From IMG/VR virus record IMGVR_UViG_3300030397_000289, positions 1 through 38,551 of that record: a stretch of DNA of 38,551 nt; one strand, written 5' to 3'. The number at the start of each line of letters is the position of its first letter. Position 1 is the first letter of the stretch. The notes beneath the pieces are model-generated. The model searched no databases, had not been told where the DNA came from, and saw only the letters and a program-made list of their open reading frames with translations. Both the position numbers and the translations under genes were made by a program. This document shows positions 8,808 to 17,687 of this stretch, piece after piece. This DNA comes from a virus. Its lineage: Duplodnaviria > Caudoviricetes.

Positions 8808-8959
8808 AAAAGCTAATATTGAGACTTACTCACAAAATGTGGAACAGGAGAATTACTGCAATTCTGTGTGAATCATACAGCAGAAGAGAAATCGATAGTA
8901 AACAACTACACAGCTTAGCAGCAAAATTTGACCCCACACAGGAGCACGCAGTGTATTAA
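8804..8959 (+). CDS. Small hypothetical protein (51 aa, not in ORF track)
   Basis: ATGA overlap; MKKLILRLTHKMWNRRIT...DPTQEHAVY. Confidence 0.55.
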   Translation: MKKLILRLTHKMWNRRITAILCESYSRREIDSKQLHSLAAKFDPTQEHAVY

Positions 8960-8964
8960 AAATG

Positions 8965-9063
8965 AGCGTGTACAAGGTCGATGAAAAATTATTTTCTCGC
9001 AACGATGCACATAGAAGGCAAAGTAGGCGTTCCTTGGCGAGGGTTCGAATCCCTCACACGCTG
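8965..9063 (+). ncRNA. tRNA-like RNA (acceptor stem and canonical T-arm, non-canonical middle)
   Basis: AGCGTGT(8965-71)/ACACGCT(9056-62); GAGGG-TTCGAAT-CCCTC (9039-55); CAAGG/CCTTG inner helix; no clear D or anticodon arm; no encoded CCA. Confidence 0.6.
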
Positions 9064-9083
9064 CTAGAACAAAAACAAGAAAA

Positions 9084-9476
9084 ATGAGAACTTACCAAGA
9101 ATTGAAAAATGCACGCCTGCAAAAGGGGCTAACCTTCGCAGACATTGAACGAGCCACCGGGGTAGATGGCCAGACGATCGCCCGCATAGAACAGGGTAAA
9201 AATGTTATGCACGAAGCGTGGCAGAAAGTGGAAGCCTACCTGTTTTCCGAACAAGCAAAAGTACCCGCCCTTATCCGCTGGGCAAATGACGGGTATAAGG
9301 AAATTGACCTAAACGCCAATAAGGAACTGGTGCTGGATCTGATTAATAAGTACTGCTCGATGACAGGCGAAGTAGTTAACCTAAGATCAAAGGTAGCACT
9401 ACAGGAGGAAAAAATGCGCCTTATCAAAGCGGGCGCCGAGGAAATTATTAGAGCAGCAAACTGGGGCACGTATTAA
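9084..9476 (+). CDS. XRE-family HTH transcriptional regulator
   Basis: LKNARLQKGLTFADIERATGV...TIARIEQG. Confidence 0.85.
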   Translation: MRTYQELKNARLQKGLTFADIERATGVDGQTIARIEQGKNVMHEAWQKVEAYLFSEQAKVPALIRWANDGYKEIDLNANKELVLDLINKYCSMTGEVVNLRSKVALQEEKMRLIKAGAEEIIRAANWGTY

Positions 9477-9477
9477 A

Positions 9478-9651
9478 ATGGTAGTTATTAAAGCAACCAA
9501 AAAGGGACTGGTCAAAGCAGACCAGCCCCAGGAAACCGAGGAGCAGCGGTTCAAGAAGTCGATAGTGGCGCGCTTTCATGCGGACACCAAATGGCTGAGC
9601 AATGGGGTTAACTTAAAATTTAGTATATTCAAAGCATGGGAAACACTGTAG
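9478..9651 (+). CDS. Small hypothetical protein (57 aa, not in ORF track)
   Basis: MVVIKATKKGLVKADQPQE...; fills gap between HTH gene and next gene. Confidence 0.5.
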   Translation: MVVIKATKKGLVKADQPQETEEQRFKKSIVARFHADTKWLSNGVNLKFSIFKAWETL

Positions 9652-10082
9652 AAAAGCTTACCTACGAGTACATGGAGGCCGAAAGTATTAAGGTTATTAA
9701 CCTCCATAAGCTAATGTTCATAAGCTACATTTTCGGCTATGTGGAGTTTTCCAGCGCCACTTTTTATGAAAAAGGGGTAGAAAAATCGGAGCCCATTAAA
9801 AAGCTTCTAAAAGAAAACCGCATAGGAGCCAAGAAAAAGATGCTTGCAAACTGGTCAAAAAAGGACGCCGCCCCAGCTCTACAAATGGGCTTTATGAAGC
9901 TTGCAGCCGACGACGAAGAGTGGGCCAGACTATCTGGGGCCAAGATTAAGGTAGACCAGGAAACTACCATTAGCGAAATAGAAGGCAAGCCCCTTGAGGA
10001 GCAAATATCCATGCTTAAGGATGTTTTGGACAAGCTGGAAAGATCCCAGGCGGACAATGATTTTGACACAACCCTTGATTAA
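9636..10082 (+). CDS. Putative terminase small subunit
   Basis: N-terminal HTH-like (SSATFYE), W....AAPALQ...MKL....EW.RL helix pattern, acidic end; upstream of TerL. Confidence 0.5.
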   Translation: MGNTVEKLTYEYMEAESIKVINLHKLMFISYIFGYVEFSSATFYEKGVEKSEPIKKLLKENRIGAKKKMLANWSKKDAAPALQMGFMKLAADDEEWARLSGAKIKVDQETTISEIEGKPLEEQISMLKDVLDKLERSQADNDFDTTLD

Positions 10083-10123
10083 CTGGTCGGGGATTGTTAT
10101 TTTTAGTACGAACAAAAACAATT
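10074..10123 (+). promoter_or_regulatory. Bacteroidota-type promoter plus GAACAAAAACAATT leader
   Basis: CTTG(10074-77)-N20-TATTTTTA(10098-105); motif 10110-10123; ATG 10129. Confidence 0.62.
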
Positions 10124-10128
10124 TAGAG

Positions 10129-10368
10129 ATGAATGAATTACAAAAATATTATGCTGGCGGGGCTGCGCTAGCGGGAATCTTTTTGATAATAACCATAGTA
10201 ATAATGGTTATAGGACTCCAGGATTTAAAGACCTGGGAGCAGGAAACGGAACTATCAGCCCGTGAAGTTTTAGCGGGAAAAGTCTTTTTGTGGGCAATGT
10301 TTATTGCTTGTTGCAGCTACCTAGTGCTAGATATGGCTGGTAATATCGCAAAATATAGAAGCGAATGA
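10129..10368 (+). CDS. Small membrane protein (2 TM)
   Basis: ATG 10129 after the conserved leader (ORF-track start 9994 overlaps the upstream gene); two hydrophobic segments. Confidence 0.65.
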   Translation: MNELQKYYAGGAALAGIFLIITIVIMVIGLQDLKTWEQETELSAREVLAGKVFLWAMFIACCSYLVLDMAGNIAKYRSE

Positions 10369-10595
10369 CAGCCCTACAAGCAGCGGTACGTTATAACGAG
10401 TACCTGGAAGCTGAGATACTTAAGCTCATGAAGCAAAAAGGCAGCTTCTTTCTGATAAAGTGCCAGCGAGGAAACACCACAGACTACAAGCCCTGCAGGG
10501 TGCTGAAGATCAGAACCAAAAAAGCCCAGGTGGTCATAAACGAAAAGTCGCACTGGGTGGATAAGAAAAGGCTTGTAAGGGCCGTAGAACTATAA
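10365..10595 (+). CDS. Hypothetical protein
   Basis: ATGA-coupled ORF. Confidence 0.6.
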   Translation: MTALQAAVRYNEYLEAEILKLMKQKGSFFLIKCQRGNTTDYKPCRVLKIRTKKAQVVINEKSHWVDKKRLVRAVEL

Positions 10596-10599
10596 AACT

Positions 10600-10890
10600 A
10601 TGGAAAAGCTAACGGAAGAACACCTTGCAATGGTTAAAATAGGACAACGTGTCCAAACTATGAGAGCGTATGACGGGGTTCCTAAATTTACAGAAGGGGT
10701 AATAGTTGAAGACTACGGAACTGGGGTAATGATCGCATGGGACAGACCTCACAACCCGATTCCAACGGACATGACGCCAGAAGGAATAGGCAAAATGATG
10801 GCTATTGATCCCAGGTGCCCTTTAAGGGATGGATTTGATAAAGAGTCTGAACTTTTTGAACTGGTTTTTATAACACAGGCCCAGCAATAG
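10600..10890 (+). CDS. Hypothetical protein (SH3-like beta pattern)
   Basis: KIGQRV....Y.GVP....GVIVE.......IAWD. Confidence 0.6.
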   Translation: MEKLTEEHLAMVKIGQRVQTMRAYDGVPKFTEGVIVEDYGTGVMIAWDRPHNPIPTDMTPEGIGKMMAIDPRCPLRDGFDKESELFELVFITQAQQ

Positions 10891-10909
10891 ACATTAACAC
10901 TATAGAGAA

Positions 10910-11530
10910 ATGAAAGCGGAAGAATACTACGATAACAACTTGAGCGAGTATCCAAGGCTAAATAATTTAGACCCGATCACAGCGAAGGAAGTAATGCGAA
11001 TGATGGATGCATTTACAGAACAACTCCAACATGAGAATAACCGGCTTTGTGAAACTCAAACCTTTGGAGAGATGGTCGGGAAGTTTCCCGAATTGAAGGA
11101 TATTTGTGAGCCTCATGAGTGGGACAATCGAACCATTGGAGAAAACTATCAGTGGATACTTTCCAAAATCCAACAGCTCCAACAGGAGAATATTGATCTT
11201 TGGAACAGACTAAGAGCGGCAGAACCCACAAATAATGATTATTGGGAAATGAAATACAACGACCTGAAGGAGGAGTTAATAGAATTTAAGTATGCTCTGT
11301 TGATGTGTTCCCCAAACCCAAATTTAGATGGTGAGACTTTTGCAAAGTTGGCAAACCTTCAAATAGATATTCGGGAAGAGATGAAGGAACTACAAAAGCA
11401 GGATTTTAAACTCCCAAAATTAAAAGCAGAGGAGAATAAATGCAACCATAACTGGGTAGACGCAACTAACGAAGTGATTAGCGGGACCAAGTACTGCTCT
11501 AGATGCGGAAAGCTAGAACGACCAAATTGA
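10910..11530 (+). CDS. Hypothetical coiled-coil protein with C-terminal Zn-finger-like motif
   Basis: QLQ.EN repeats; CNHNW...CSRCG. Confidence 0.65.
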   Translation: MKAEEYYDNNLSEYPRLNNLDPITAKEVMRMMDAFTEQLQHENNRLCETQTFGEMVGKFPELKDICEPHEWDNRTIGENYQWILSKIQQLQQENIDLWNRLRAAEPTNNDYWEMKYNDLKEELIEFKYALLMCSPNPNLDGETFAKLANLQIDIREEMKELQKQDFKLPKLKAEENKCNHNWVDATNEVISGTKYCSRCGKLERPN

Positions 11531-11553
11531 AATAATAGAAGAAACGGAGTAAA

Positions 11554-12957
11554 ATGAAGGGCGTCGCCGCACAGTATAACGAAAGCCTGCGCAGCCTATA
11601 CCGGCACAGCTTCTACGAGTTTATGAAGCGCAGCTTTGAAACTGTGGCCCCAGGAAAAGACTTTATAGATGGCTGGCATATGCGCTTTATATGCAAAGTA
11701 CTGCAGGAGAAGGGGGAAGCCCTACTGCGAGGAGAAAGCCAGAAAAGCCTTATTATCAACATCCCTCCCAGATCCCTAAAATCCATAATGGTTACCGTAT
11801 CGTGGCCTATGTGGCTGTGGACCATCCGCCCCCAGACAAATATTATCGGCAGTTCCTACAGTAGCGACCTGTCCACCGATCACAACGTAATGAGCCGCAA
11901 CATATTTGACAGCCAGTGGTTCAGGGATCTTTACCCCCACCTGAAGGCGGCAGACGATCAGGACGAAAAAAGGAAATTTACAAACAACCACGGAGGCACC
12001 CGGCGCTGTACCTCTACCATGGGGACAATCACCGGGGGTGGCGGGGACGTCGTAATAGCCGACGACGCCACCAACCCCATGCAGGCGGACAGTCAGAAGG
12101 AAAGGGAAAAGGCAATAATTTTTTGGGACAGAACCCTTTCCACCCGCCTGGATGACCCTAAGACGGGATTCTTTGTGGTGGTAATGCAAAGGCTGCACAA
12201 GAAGGATCTTACCGGCCACATCCTCAGCGAGGACACTAAGAACGAGTGGCAGCAGATAGTTATCCCAGGAGAGGAGAGCAGCGCCATAAAACCCGAAAGC
12301 CTGCGTAAGTATTATACCGATGGGTTGTTTTTCCCCGAAAGGTTCGACAGGGAGTGGATAGAGCGCATTAAGAAGCGTTTAGGATCTTACGGCTATGCGG
12401 GGCAGATAGGGCAGCGACCCGCCCCGGAAGGAGGAGGAATATGGCAAAAGTGGCTTATACCCGTACCCGATAACCAAATGCCTGCAATATTCGAAGACTG
12501 GGGCACAGATTGGGATCTAGCATACACTGAAAAGGAGATGAACGACGCTAGTGCCTTTGTGGAAAGTGGCATATACAACGGAATGATGTATATAAACAAC
12601 CTGGGCTATGTGCGAAAGGAATTCCCCGAGCTCGTAAAGTTCATGAAGATTATGCGGCCACCACACTACATCGAGGCCAAAGCCAGCGGGAAAAGTGCCA
12701 AGCAGGCATTAACCCGGCAGGGGATAGCTGCTATAGAGGTGGAAAAGGTCATGGACAAGGTGGCCCAGGCAAGGAAGGCCACACCGCACGCTGAGGCGGG
12801 GCTGGTGTTTATTCGTGAAAGCCTTATGGATAAGCTGTACAATGACGTGGAACAGGGGATACTGGATTTTCCCAACAATGAGCATGACGATTTACAGGAC
12901 GCTTTTACCCAGGCAATATTACGTCACTTTGCACTTGACGAATTTTGGACAGTTTAG
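11554..12957 (+). CDS. terL: Terminase large subunit
   Basis: INIPPRSLKS Walker A, VVIADD Walker B, VMQRLH..DL.G, nuclease DWDLA, IEAKASG, FPN..HDD.QDA. Confidence 0.95.
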   Translation: MKGVAAQYNESLRSLYRHSFYEFMKRSFETVAPGKDFIDGWHMRFICKVLQEKGEALLRGESQKSLIINIPPRSLKSIMVTVSWPMWLWTIRPQTNIIGSSYSSDLSTDHNVMSRNIFDSQWFRDLYPHLKAADDQDEKRKFTNNHGGTRRCTSTMGTITGGGGDVVIADDATNPMQADSQKEREKAIIFWDRTLSTRLDDPKTGFFVVVMQRLHKKDLTGHILSEDTKNEWQQIVIPGEESSAIKPESLRKYYTDGLFFPERFDREWIERIKKRLGSYGYAGQIGQRPAPEGGGIWQKWLIPVPDNQMPAIFEDWGTDWDLAYTEKEMNDASAFVESGIYNGMMYINNLGYVRKEFPELVKFMKIMRPPHYIEAKASGKSAKQALTRQGIAAIEVEKVMDKVAQARKATPHAEAGLVFIRESLMDKLYNDVEQGILDFPNNEHDDLQDAFTQAILRHFALDEFWTV

Positions 12958-12969
12958 TAACTTAGTGAC

Positions 12970-13054
12970 GAACTGTAAAGTTTGGTTTAGTAGTAGTGAA
13001 TTAATGAGGTTTGATTAGGTAAGCCCCCGCGTTCCAGGAATGCCGGGGCTTTTT
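12970..13054 (+). ncRNA. Predicted small RNA directly after terL
   Basis: CTTG(12934-37)-N20-TAACTTAG(12958-65) promoter; GU-rich body; terminator hairpin at 13021-13054. Confidence 0.45.
13021..13054 (+). terminator. Intrinsic terminator
   Basis: AAGCCCC...GGGGCTT followed by T-tract. Confidence 0.75.
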
Positions 13055-13055
13055 C

Positions 13056-13087
13056 TTTGACATTACACACCGATTAGCTTATATTAG
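13056..13087 (+). promoter_or_regulatory. Promoter of moron-like gene
   Basis: TTTG-N20-TATATTAG, also readable as TTGACA-N17-TATATT. Confidence 0.65.
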
Positions 13088-13091
13088 TCTC

Positions 13092-13367
13092 ATGAAACGT
13101 TTTATCTTACTTGCCTTCTTACTTCTGAGCGCAGCCTTCGCCACCCAGGCCGGCACGCCAGGCTTTAGCCAAGAAGAAGGCCCTGTAATTTCCATAGTGG
13201 AAGACGCAGGCAGCGATTTTTACGCGGTTGACGCTGTAACAACTAATACCGACGTAGCCCTAAGCGCACAGGGCCAGGAGTTGCGCAGAATTCAAAAACA
13301 TAAGGTTTCTAAATATGTCCCTACCTACTGCAATACGTTTGTATGGTATAGGGACTTTGGAAATTAA
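13092..13367 (+). CDS. Secreted/periplasmic protein with Sec signal peptide (moron-like)
   Basis: MKRFILLAFLLLSAAFATQA signal peptide ending in small residues; own promoter and terminator. Confidence 0.7.
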   Translation: MKRFILLAFLLLSAAFATQAGTPGFSQEEGPVISIVEDAGSDFYAVDAVTTNTDVALSAQGQELRRIQKHKVSKYVPTYCNTFVWYRDFGN

Positions 13368-13430
13368 AGCACAACCAAAAGAGAGGGGGCAGCGTTCAAC
13401 TTGTGCACAGGTGGCTGCCCCCCAAGAGAC

Positions 13431-13454
13431 AGCCCGCCGAAAGCGGGCTTTTTT
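13431..13454 (+). terminator. Intrinsic terminator
   Basis: AGCCCGC-CGAAA-GCGGGCT followed by T-tract. Confidence 0.85.
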
Positions 13455-13474
13455 CATTTCACACCCTTTTTATG

Positions 13475-13500
13475 TAGCTTTGGGGTATCATATCCGAAAA
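13475..13500 (+). promoter_or_regulatory. Putative late promoter (-7 element TAGCTTTG)
   Basis: Perfect TAnnTTTG; downstream GGTA..T.CGAAA shared with the site at 20734. Confidence 0.55.
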
Positions 13501-13520
13501 ACCATTTTGTAAATGTATAA

Positions 13521-15008
13521 ATGGGTTTAAATAAGGCAATAAGTGACCCCGCAGCACAATTAGACTTCCCTATCCGTAAAGGGGTCAAGCTCGACAAGAC
13601 ATTAACAGCCAAGGACGGTAACGACGTCAATTACGATTTTACAGGCCACACCGCCACTTTTAAACTATACGACAAGCCAGGGGGCACTGAGGTAAGCGGA
13701 ATTAACGCCACGGTAACCTTAACGAGCGGATCTATCCAGATTGAGATAATAGCCTCAGAAACCGATACGCTGGACATTGACGAGTATTATGGGGAACTGG
13801 AAATAAATGACGGCACCGACCCCTATATTTGGACATCTGGTATATGCCCGGTTTACGAGGGAATCAACCCCTACACGCAGGAAAGTACAAGCCTTACCAT
13901 TTCCCCAGGTGGCAACACGGTAAACCTTACCATAAGCACCACGGGTGGAGCCTCAAGCTTATCGGAACTGTCAGACGTTACCAGCGCGGCGACAAATAAC
14001 GGCTTTGCCTTAATAGCCGACGGGTCAAAGTATGTAGGCAGGGCCATTGTGGAGGCCGATATATCCAACTTTGGCAGCTACGCGAACGCAAGCCACACGC
14101 ACATGGAAAGCGACATTAGTGACCTGGGAAACTACCTGTCGGTGGATGCAGGGTCCTACACAGTCACGCCAGCATGGACACTCAATGGGGGCGACGATAT
14201 ATCCCAAAGCTACCAGGCTGCCGACGTATGGCAGATTGAAGGCACTTGGAATAATGGGGGGTCCAGTTATGGGCGGGTGAAAGTTTTAGGCCAGGACTCC
14301 AACGCCACGAACTGGGGTATTATTATTGATGTTAACGACGCCACCAATGGGCAAGCCTTCCTTAAGTGGAACGAGTCCAGCACAACATTTACCGACACGA
14401 GATCCACAACCCGTGGGATAGAGTATGGGGGCGACTATTCGGCAGGATTCCAAACCCATACCCTGGTAACCAAAGACTGGACAGAATCAAACTTTTTAGG
14501 ATTGTCAGGCGGAACGCTTACCGGCAATGTCACCTTTTCTACCGCTGATACCGAGTTAAGGTGGGTAGACTCAGACGAAAGCCTGCGAGTGAACTCCTCA
14601 GGGCAGTTTGTTTTTAAGGTGGCAGGTAGCGACAGGGTTAATATCAATAGCTCTTACGTGGCCATTACGTCCACCGGCGCAGCCTACATGCGAAGAAGCC
14701 CCAGCGCGACCCGTATGGCCTTTGGGTTCTTTGGGGACGACGGCACAGGGTGGCGAAGAAGTGCTGCTGGAACCTTCCACGGCTATAGCGACAGCACGAT
14801 AGCCAACCGCCAGATAGTTACGATCGCAAATGATGGGTTTTATGTGGACAACGGGATATTAAAGCTTCCCACCTACACAGTGGCAACCCTACCTACAGCT
14901 GTGGCACAGGGAGTAATATACGTAAGTGATGAAACAGGAGGGGCCACTATGGCCTTCTCAGACGGTACAAGCTGGTACCGAGTACAAGACAGAGCAGTAG
15001 TTAGTTAA
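13521..15008 (+). CDS. Fibre-like virion protein (BppU-like N-terminus, HxH fibre motif)
   Basis: DFTG.TA.F.L...G.I.I.I....T..L....YYGELEI anchor; LSELSDV and HTH.ESDISDL repeats; G/S/T-rich; LPTYTVATLP...AFSDGTSW C-terminus. Confidence 0.75.
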   Translation: MGLNKAISDPAAQLDFPIRKGVKLDKTLTAKDGNDVNYDFTGHTATFKLYDKPGGTEVSGINATVTLTSGSIQIEIIASETDTLDIDEYYGELEINDGTDPYIWTSGICPVYEGINPYTQESTSLTISPGGNTVNLTISTTGGASSLSELSDVTSAATNNGFALIADGSKYVGRAIVEADISNFGSYANASHTHMESDISDLGNYLSVDAGSYTVTPAWTLNGGDDISQSYQAADVWQIEGTWNNGGSSYGRVKVLGQDSNATNWGIIIDVNDATNGQAFLKWNESSTTFTDTRSTTRGIEYGGDYSAGFQTHTLVTKDWTESNFLGLSGGTLTGNVTFSTADTELRWVDSDESLRVNSSGQFVFKVAGSDRVNINSSYVAITSTGAAYMRRSPSATRMAFGFFGDDGTGWRRSAAGTFHGYSDSTIANRQIVTIANDGFYVDNGILKLPTYTVATLPTAVAQGVIYVSDETGGATMAFSDGTSWYRVQDRAVVS

Positions 15009-15020
15009 ACGATAAAAAAT

Positions 15021-15299
15021 ATGGACTTAGTAATACCCAATGCATTTGCCGACGACAAGCTAGAGTACATGATAGAACTTTGGTCCGACGGCTATACCGA
15101 GTACCTGGAAGATGTGGACACAGAGAACGAAGAAGAAGCCGCGCTTGCTGCAGCCGAAGAGCGGGAGGCTGAGGTAAAAATACCCATGGAGGTAAAAGAC
15201 TTTGCCGTCATGAAGGTTAGAAACTATTTGCACGCCGAAACTGACAACAAGCACCGCAAGAAGCTTGCACGTGAGGGGGCCAAATTTGAAAGCCACTAG
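15021..15299 (+). CDS. Hypothetical acidic protein (possible fibre chaperone)
   Basis: Follows fibre gene. Confidence 0.6.
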   Translation: MDLVIPNAFADDKLEYMIELWSDGYTEYLEDVDTENEEEAALAAAEEREAEVKIPMEVKDFAVMKVRNYLHAETDNKHRKKLAREGAKFESH

Positions 15300-15301
15300 A
15301 G

Positions 15302-15571
15302 ATGAGCAACGGAGCAAAGAACGGCCATAAGTCGAAGAGCGTAGGGGCAAAGCTCAAAAAAATATCTATCCCCCAGGTGAAGCTTATCGTGCCCATGCCC
15401 AAAGCGTGGTATGAGGAATTTAGGGAACTATCTGGCCACACCAAGGAAGAGATAGTGCAAAATATTCAGCAGGTGCTAAAAAATAAGATGAAGGAGCTGA
15501 AGCTTCAGAAGGTAGCCCAGGATGCGGTAGACCAAGCGCAAGAAAAGGTAGAAAAAGCAAACGACTGGTAG
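15302..15571 (+). CDS. Hypothetical protein
   Basis: ORF in operon; coiled C-terminus. Confidence 0.6.
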   Translation: MSNGAKNGHKSKSVGAKLKKISIPQVKLIVPMPKAWYEEFRELSGHTKEEIVQNIQQVLKNKMKELKLQKVAQDAVDQAQEKVEKANDW

Positions 15572-15581
15572 TCTTTCAGGT

Positions 15582-17687
15582 ATGAATGATGTGCCACTAC
15601 TGATATTTTTAAAACAACAGGCACCGTTCATGGTGTACCTGGATATCCCGCATGCCCCAGATTTTAGCGACCCCGAAACAATAGATCCCACAGATACGAA
15701 CATTACAACGCCGGATCTGAATGGTAAAACGGACCTTATCCTGGGTGCAGGCGTGCACACACCCAACATTACGCTTACCAACCTTATAGGGACAGAGGAA
15801 ACACCCATACGAGTAAAGGGTGCTGCATACAATCCAAGGGTTACCGAAGTGGGCAGCGACGACCTGGCGGCGTCAGCCATGCACGTAAGCGGTTGCGAGT
15901 GGGTGGAGATCTACGACATATTTTTTAGGCAGGGCCACAGCCTCAAGCATCAGTCCAACTCTGAAAATATCCTGTTTCAAAATATCATCTTTGACGGCGA
16001 GGAGAATGTTAACGGGTTTGCGGGCTTTATGTCAAAAACCGACGGCGGGGGAGGCACAGTTACCCCCTATCTAGTGGTGGGCAGCTTTTCATTTCTAAAA
16101 AATACCGACGGAGAGGGGATATACATAGGGGAAACGACAGGAACGACATTTCACAATATTGCCAGGGTAAACCTATTCCACATAGGGGGCTTTAATTTTG
16201 GGTGGGACTGCTGCCAGTTTATCCACGTAACCGATGTGGATGTATACAACCTCACCTTACTAGAGGGGGCAAGGCTGGACGAAACCAACCAAAACAGGAA
16301 CCTGCAGTTTATTGACTCCAAAGGGACGGTAAAAAACTCCTTTTTCTCAACGCTCGGAACAGTAGGCACTGTGTACTGCGCTTTCGGGAAGGCCGACAAT
16401 TACACGTTTAAGAACTGCTATTTTGAGGGGCAAGATCTTGCAGCCATCTTTACTGGTGCTGCTGAATCTTGGTGGAGCGTTTCCACAAACAAGGGCAATG
16501 GCACGGTAATCTATGATAGTTGCATACTAAAGATTACCTCAGCGGGAACATATGCTGCCCAGGTAACTATGGATTATGGGCACGTGATCATTAAGAACTG
16601 CCTTATCCTCAACACCCGCAGCCAGATATTTGACGATGGCAGGACCGACACCACCACATACAGCCTTATAGATGGGGGCGGCAATCAGTTTGTAGCCAGC
16701 GGACATCCGGCAATGAACCCTACCTTTGACGATGAGAAAAAGGTGACAAGCGTCTACCATTACCGCAGGGCTATGGGGTGGAGAACGCCTATCGAGGGAA
16801 AATATCCCACTATAGGCACAGCAACAATTACAGGAACAGCCGAAATAGGGCAAACGCTCACCGCTTCGGCCAGCGACCTTAATGCAGGCGGTGGCCTTGC
16901 TGTTACGGGATACCTTTACCAGTGGTACCGTTCCGACGATGCCAGCGGCACAAACAGGACGCTGATACCAAACAACGCTCAAAGCAAAACTTATGAGGTG
17001 GTTTCCGGTGACGGTGGGAAATTCTTGGATGTAGAAATACAAGCCATAAACGATGTTGACCTTGCTGGCGACGCCACCATGAGCGCAAAGACCGCCCAGG
17101 TACCCGCAGGGGCTTCTGCAAACATACATATTGGGTTTGGGGATTACTCAGGATCCAGTGGAGATCCTACACCACTAGCGCCCGCCTCAGCAATAAACAA
17201 CTGCAACATCCAGAATGGTAGCAACGGGGCAATTGCCGACTTGGTAGACATTAACGGCGACCCTACAGGCATAGGCTTTGAGGTAGACAACCACGCCGTA
17301 ATAAGCGGAGGGTCAAACGGAACATCTGGGGACACGGCCCTATTTACCGCTCAGACGAAGCAGTATTATCAAAGTGAGGCATTTACCTCAAATGTGGTAA
17401 CTTACAGGTTTACAGGTCTTAATGATGCAGACACCTTTACCATAAGATGCCTGCACAATATTTCCTCAGGGGGAGCCACAAATAGGGGGATTACCGTAAG
17501 AGCTGGCGGATCGGACGTTACCAACTCACCCGACGGAACCTACACAGTCCAGGCGAAGAATAACGAAACGGAGGAAGTTCTTACGGGACTTACTACCGAT
17601 GGGGCAGGAAATTTGGAGATAGAATGGCAGCCAAAAGACACGGGCAATAATGCAGTATTTAACGCACTGGAATTTGAAATAGAATGA
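15582..17687 (+). CDS. Right-handed beta-helix (pectin-lyase-like) protein with Ig-like and carbohydrate-binding-like domains; putative spike or depolymerase
   Basis: GEGIYIG, D..QF, FKNCYFE, IKNC rungs; TITGTAEIGQTLTAS..YQWYRSDD..TY.V...D.GK.L Ig-like module; C-terminal jelly-roll-like NALEF. Confidence 0.72.
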   Translation: MNDVPLLIFLKQQAPFMVYLDIPHAPDFSDPETIDPTDTNITTPDLNGKTDLILGAGVHTPNITLTNLIGTEETPIRVKGAAYNPRVTEVGSDDLAASAMHVSGCEWVEIYDIFFRQGHSLKHQSNSENILFQNIIFDGEENVNGFAGFMSKTDGGGGTVTPYLVVGSFSFLKNTDGEGIYIGETTGTTFHNIARVNLFHIGGFNFGWDCCQFIHVTDVDVYNLTLLEGARLDETNQNRNLQFIDSKGTVKNSFFSTLGTVGTVYCAFGKADNYTFKNCYFEGQDLAAIFTGAAESWWSVSTNKGNGTVIYDSCILKITSAGTYAAQVTMDYGHVIIKNCLILNTRSQIFDDGRTDTTTYSLIDGGGNQFVASGHPAMNPTFDDEKKVTSVYHYRRAMGWRTPIEGKYPTIGTATITGTAEIGQTLTASASDLNAGGGLAVTGYLYQWYRSDDASGTNRTLIPNNAQSKTYEVVSGDGGKFLDVEIQAINDVDLAGDATMSAKTAQVPAGASANIHIGFGDYSGSSGDPTPLAPASAINNCNIQNGSNGAIADLVDINGDPTGIGFEVDNHAVISGGSNGTSGDTALFTAQTKQYYQSEAFTSNVVTYRFTGLNDADTFTIRCLHNISSGGATNRGITVRAGGSDVTNSPDGTYTVQAKNNETEEVLTGLTTDGAGNLEIEWQPKDTGNNAVFNALEFEIE

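Noticed and set aside
8965-9063. Canonical tRNA gene
   Set aside because: No recognisable D-arm or 7-nt anticodon loop at the expected spacing and no CCA; kept only as tRNA-like
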